From the NCBI GenBank assembly GCA_002269645.1, contig NIVC01002030.1, forward strand, positions 174,210 to 210,911: a DNA stretch of 36,702 nt. The letters run 5' to 3'. Position numbers and translations under genes: made by a program. The notes beneath the pieces are model-generated. The model saw nothing but the letters and a program-made list of their open reading frames with translations. It searched no databases and was not told the origin of the DNA. This stretch comes from Macrostomum lignano. Its lineage: Eukaryota. This document shows positions 32,633-36,702 of the stretch, piece after piece (within the stretch, counting starts at the first letter, position 1; each line of letters starts with the position of its first letter).

Positions 32633-33079
32633 CGCTAACTGCGTATTCTGTTGTTGTTGTAGATAAGAGTAAATTTCTTAGCAACAGTTCTTAATTCCTA
32701 AACTATGCTAAACATCTCAAACCGACCAATGGTTTTGCTTTCTTGATAAATTTAAGACCAAGTTATGCCATGCAAACTATGCATGGCTTTGATACAAAGG
32801 TAAGATATTATAGCTACCACTTTGGTCAGGCCATTCGCTACTTTGCTATTCAAGTGGGGAGCTTAGCTACATAAGTGGCGAAAAATCAGAGCTATCTTTT
32901 ATGCCTACTAAATATATTAATGTCTCACTTATCAAGCAATTGAATATTGTATATCCTAGTTGACGTGGCAGTTGCATAGTTGTATCTCTAAGTCAAGAAG
33001 TTATTTAAGAATTCAATAATACCTATCGCTGACTTATGGTTTTTTGCTGAAGGAATCGCTATAACAAGCAGAAGTTATC

Positions 33080-35578
33080 ATGGAATCGTACCTGGAACCG
33101 CTGCGACGAGCCGCACTTGGCATCATGGATTCTGGACACCCTGTCGATGGAGGTGTGTTTCGCCTGATCAACGAAGACTCTATGTTGCAGAGGCTGTACG
33201 GAAATAGAACTATCCAGAAGGAATTAATAATATCGCATGCCCTCGATACAATTCTCTCATTCGAGAGTCTCTTTGTGGTAACAACATCTTGCATTCTGGC
33301 TATCGGTCTTCTGATCTGTATGACGGTTTTCGCCTGTTGCCGAAAACAGATTCGAGCGCCATGGACTTTGCGAAGTCATGCTTGCGGGCTATACCGAAGG
33401 ACGCCGCGAATTGGCTTTGCAGTGCTGCGAATTCTTGGAGCAGGCATATTATTATTGGAGTTTATCTCACTAGCTACAGCTTTTACAACTAATATCTGGA
33501 TCTATGCAGAAAGCCATCGACAAGCCGGAGACTCTGTGCATGGTAGTGTTGAAAGATCGTTTCAGTTTTTGGATTCATTCTTTCAAACATTGGTGCCAAA
33601 TGCTCGAATCGAGATGCGCCCAATCGTCTCACACGCTCTCGAGAAGACGGAGACTGTTCGTCGAAAGTCGCAGGCAAATTTTAGACGGGATTTCGAGAAC
33701 GAAATCTCTGCCAAAGTAATGAAAGAATCCAGCTCAGAGCTATTAAAGAGTGTCCGGTTTTTTTACAACTTTGGACTACTCCATGGAAGCCAAAGAGTCG
33801 CATTGAACAAAACTCTTGAGGGAATGAAGCAAAAAACAGCAATAATAAAATCATCAGATAAAACTTGCATTGAAGCCAAGTTTTCGCCATTATTTTGCGA
33901 CAAGCACCGAGACAACGTCAATCAAGCAAACAAACTAATTAACTTAGTTCTGAAGAATTGGACTAAGCCACCAGAGATAAGCGGTGAGGCTCTAGCGGAC
34001 GCTATAAGCGCAGCTATGAAAAAGCCGGAAGAATTTGCAGCCGCTTTGCGAGCAATGGATAGCAGTCCAGAACATCTTGCAGCTGATCGAGACCGCAGAC
34101 TGAATCTCAGTAGGTCACTCAACAAAGTAATTAGCCGCGCATTCGATAGGGACCTGAACACGACAGCGTTTGTAATAAATGGATTCGAAAAAAACCTGGT
34201 AAAACTGGAAACTCAAGTTGTTCGTCCTTCTCGACAGTCCCTTCGAAATTTATCTGGCATTATAGGGCTTGCTAGCCGGCGACTCATCACAGGATTTGAG
34301 AACGCAAGGTTTGGGATTGCTACAGTTGTTTTGGTGCCATCTATTGTTGTCGCTGCTGTGCTGACATTTGGTTTCACGGTCGTGATTGTGACCCCTGCGC
34401 GGACTAGCCGCGTAATTCGGCGCCTACGACCTTGGCTGACGGCGGGTTACCTGACCTGCATTACTTGCCTCTTACTAGCACTGGCAGTCTTCTGCTTAAC
34501 CAACTACGCTCGAACTCAGGGCTGTCGGTACTTTGAGATCGGCGAAAAATGGGATGAGGTGTTTGGAAACTCCTCAGCAGACGCCTATTTGGTTCCAGAA
34601 GTGAACAAGGTACTTAGACACGTGCGCAGTCGCCGGATACCTGTCACTGCCATTGGGAGTGTAATCGGAGGCATCAGCAACGGTTGTCGCGCCAACAAAC
34701 CCCTTCTGCTAGCTCTGGATGCTATCCAGTACATTAATGTTGATTTGGCCAGCCAAGAAAGTGCAGAAAAGGCACAGAGATTTAAGGAAAGTGGAACAAA
34801 AATCCTGCGACGGGAACTAGATCGCGCTAATATAACCAGACTTTACGACAGCAGTCAGAGAGGAAAGCTTGAAAAGTTAGCCAAATTGACTCAGAACTAT
34901 TCGAGTGTTAACTATGAGAGAGTCTCACAGGACATTCGGTATCAGCTTCTGGAGGCTGTGAAGCCGGCAGCAGAACGGCTGCTTTCTGTGCAAACTGACG
35001 AGGCTCTTATACTCAACGGCCTGAATAAGAGTACAGATCGAAAATTCATTGAGAGCAATCTGTATAGAATCAGGCTGAATATCGGATTACTACACGACCT
35101 AAAGAATTTAAGTCTCAACTACGCTAATATGCTTACTCAGCTAGATAAGCACAAAATGATTGCGTCTATAGCTACGAGACTAATTTCAGCAACTAGCAAG
35201 TTTAAAACTTTCTCTCAAAACAAGAACCTATGGATCGAGACAGCAATCAAGCATTATATTAAAAGTGTTGTTAATGATACCACCGATGACTCTCTGACAA
35301 TTGCCAGAGAGTCGGCAACCGAATTTCTAGCTAAAATCGGCAGTTGCCGGCGCCTGTTTGACTTCTATTGGACGTTTGTCGGAGTGCCCTGCCGCTCGCT
35401 GCTGAATCCTCTCAGTGTTCTGTGGCTGTGCCTGGCCGTTCATCTCTGCTGCGCGGTGCCTCTGCTGGTGTGTGGCAGCCTCGTCAGCGTCAGTGTCAGA
35501 GACGAATTCGAGCTGTTTGACCATAAGGCTGACCATGCTGGTCCTGTGATGACTAACTATTCTGACCATACTAACTAA
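33080..35578 (+). CDS. Prominin-like pentaspan membrane glycoprotein (832 aa), single uninterrupted ORF
   Basis: Topology TM1 (..VFACCR), TM2, large loop, TM3/TM4 (..QGCRYF), large loop, then SC..VPCRSLLNPLSVLW..TM5, matching prominin (SCKP..C..IIDPLNLFW); many NxS/T sequons. Confidence 0.85.
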   Translation: MESYLEPLRRAALGIMDSGHPVDGGVFRLINEDSMLQRLYGNRTIQKELIISHALDTILSFESLFVVTTSCILAIGLLICMTVFACCRKQIRAPWTLRSHACGLYRRTPRIGFAVLRILGAGILLLEFISLATAFTTNIWIYAESHRQAGDSVHGSVERSFQFLDSFFQTLVPNARIEMRPIVSHALEKTETVRRKSQANFRRDFENEISAKVMKESSSELLKSVRFFYNFGLLHGSQRVALNKTLEGMKQKTAIIKSSDKTCIEAKFSPLFCDKHRDNVNQANKLINLVLKNWTKPPEISGEALADAISAAMKKPEEFAAALRAMDSSPEHLAADRDRRLNLSRSLNKVISRAFDRDLNTTAFVINGFEKNLVKLETQVVRPSRQSLRNLSGIIGLASRRLITGFENARFGIATVVLVPSIVVAAVLTFGFTVVIVTPARTSRVIRRLRPWLTAGYLTCITCLLLALAVFCLTNYARTQGCRYFEIGEKWDEVFGNSSADAYLVPEVNKVLRHVRSRRIPVTAIGSVIGGISNGCRANKPLLLALDAIQYINVDLASQESAEKAQRFKESGTKILRRELDRANITRLYDSSQRGKLEKLAKLTQNYSSVNYERVSQDIRYQLLEAVKPAAERLLSVQTDEALILNGLNKSTDRKFIESNLYRIRLNIGLLHDLKNLSLNYANMLTQLDKHKMIASIATRLISATSKFKTFSQNKNLWIETAIKHYIKSVVNDTTDDSLTIARESATEFLAKIGSCRRLFDFYWTFVGVPCRSLLNPLSVLWLCLAVHLCCAVPLLVCGSLVSVSVRDEFELFDHKADHAGPVMTNYSDHTN

Positions 35579-36702
35579 ATATTCGACTGATCTAGCAACA
35601 AGTTATCCACCGCAGTTCGATAAGTTGTAGCCTGTCATGTACACAAATTTCCAATACCCAAAAAAGACACAAACTTTATTTACTATTTCGCACACCAGTT
35701 TGACTCTACTGAAAAGCTTCTCAATTTGGACCAGAGTTCAGGTGGATGGGTGCAGTTCTGAAAACCGAAGTAAGTATCTCAAGTGAGAGCATAACCATTT
35801 TCCTGTTTTACTTGCACATGCGCGCTACGATTCACTTTACTATCTAGCAAGAAAAGCTTGGGTTGTAGCTGGAAATTATCATACCTGCTTTTTCTTAGGA
35901 GTATACCTAGGCGTCTAGGAGTCTTTCAAAACACGAGTCTACTTCGTATAACGCTTTGATACGATTTGCTACCGCTTTACCAGTACAAGATTCCAGATAA
36001 AACCTCGAGAAAATCGACCCTCTCTATTATTATGCATAGTTACGCTACTAACAGTAAAGCATAAAATTGGTTATTTTAATGAGTAACCAGGCGGTGTTTG
36101 GTCGCTACAATTTTCCTTTTATTCAGCTCAATATCTTTCGAACCTAGTATTCTGCATTGTTCTGATTTCAATATTTGGTTCATTATTTTACTTACAATCC
36201 GTACTTACATACGCTCGTACTATCCAGTGACTGTGTATAGCAACTAATCGCTATTGTAATTGTAAGTCAACCAAAATTTTCAATTGCAATACTAATTTAA
36301 TTTTCCCGCCAGAATCTTATTATTAGCAAAAGTCAGCTCACACTCTTTCGACGATTTTACCTTGTTAATTTTATGCTCGTATGCTCGGCACCTTGTTCTT
36401 ATACGAGAATTAACTTTTGCTTTTCCTTTTAAATAATCGTTTTCAAATGCAATTGTTAAGCAATACAGTCATTACTGATATAACAAAGCGACGAAAAATG
36501 GTGTTACCAGACACGTGACCTTGTCAAAGTGCTCTCCTTGCGGCGTGAACGAGCCTTAATTGAATCGCAGATCAGTCGTACATTATCTGCGCTTATGCAA
36601 TAGATGCGTAGTTACATATAAGTTTGAAAATGATTTACTCTGATGAAAGCTTCTGTACTTCGAATTAATATTTTATCTAGAACAGATCATTTCGTTATAC
36701 TC

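Noticed and set aside
35699-35769. Possible 71-bp exon (ccag|..|GTAAGT) after prominin
   Set aside because: The next acceptor (35898) leads to an immediate stop in the matching phase; no supportable gene model.

Overview
Eukaryotic (metazoan) genomic DNA with GC-rich exons, short GT-AG introns and a very high minisatellite/MITE density. The style resembles a free-living flatworm such as Macrostomum, but that is an inference. Host genes: a 3-exon MEX3-type tandem-KH RNA-binding protein (minus, 6607-9092) head-to-head with a 2-exon SPO11 (plus, 11331-13471), a 5-exon MO25/CAB39 (minus, 15624-18990), a rhodopsin-class GPCR (minus, 26409-28240) and a single-ORF prominin-like 5TM protein (plus, 33080-35578). 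Mobile DNA: a 1933-bp internally deleted THAP/P-superfamily transposon (116-bp TIRs, perfect 8-bp TSD), several MITEs with identifiable TSDs, a 2.15-kb composite hAT-like element and a ~1-kb solo LTR. The most unusual signal is in that LTR: its 3' (U5-like) end carries about five regularly spaced (52-59 bp) cassettes, each an LTR-end-like motif (..ACA) followed by a tRNA-Leu-type primer-binding-site-like motif (TGG..GGATT), separated by unrelated spacers. Most long ORFs in the track come from tandem repeats or antisense frames and were rejected.
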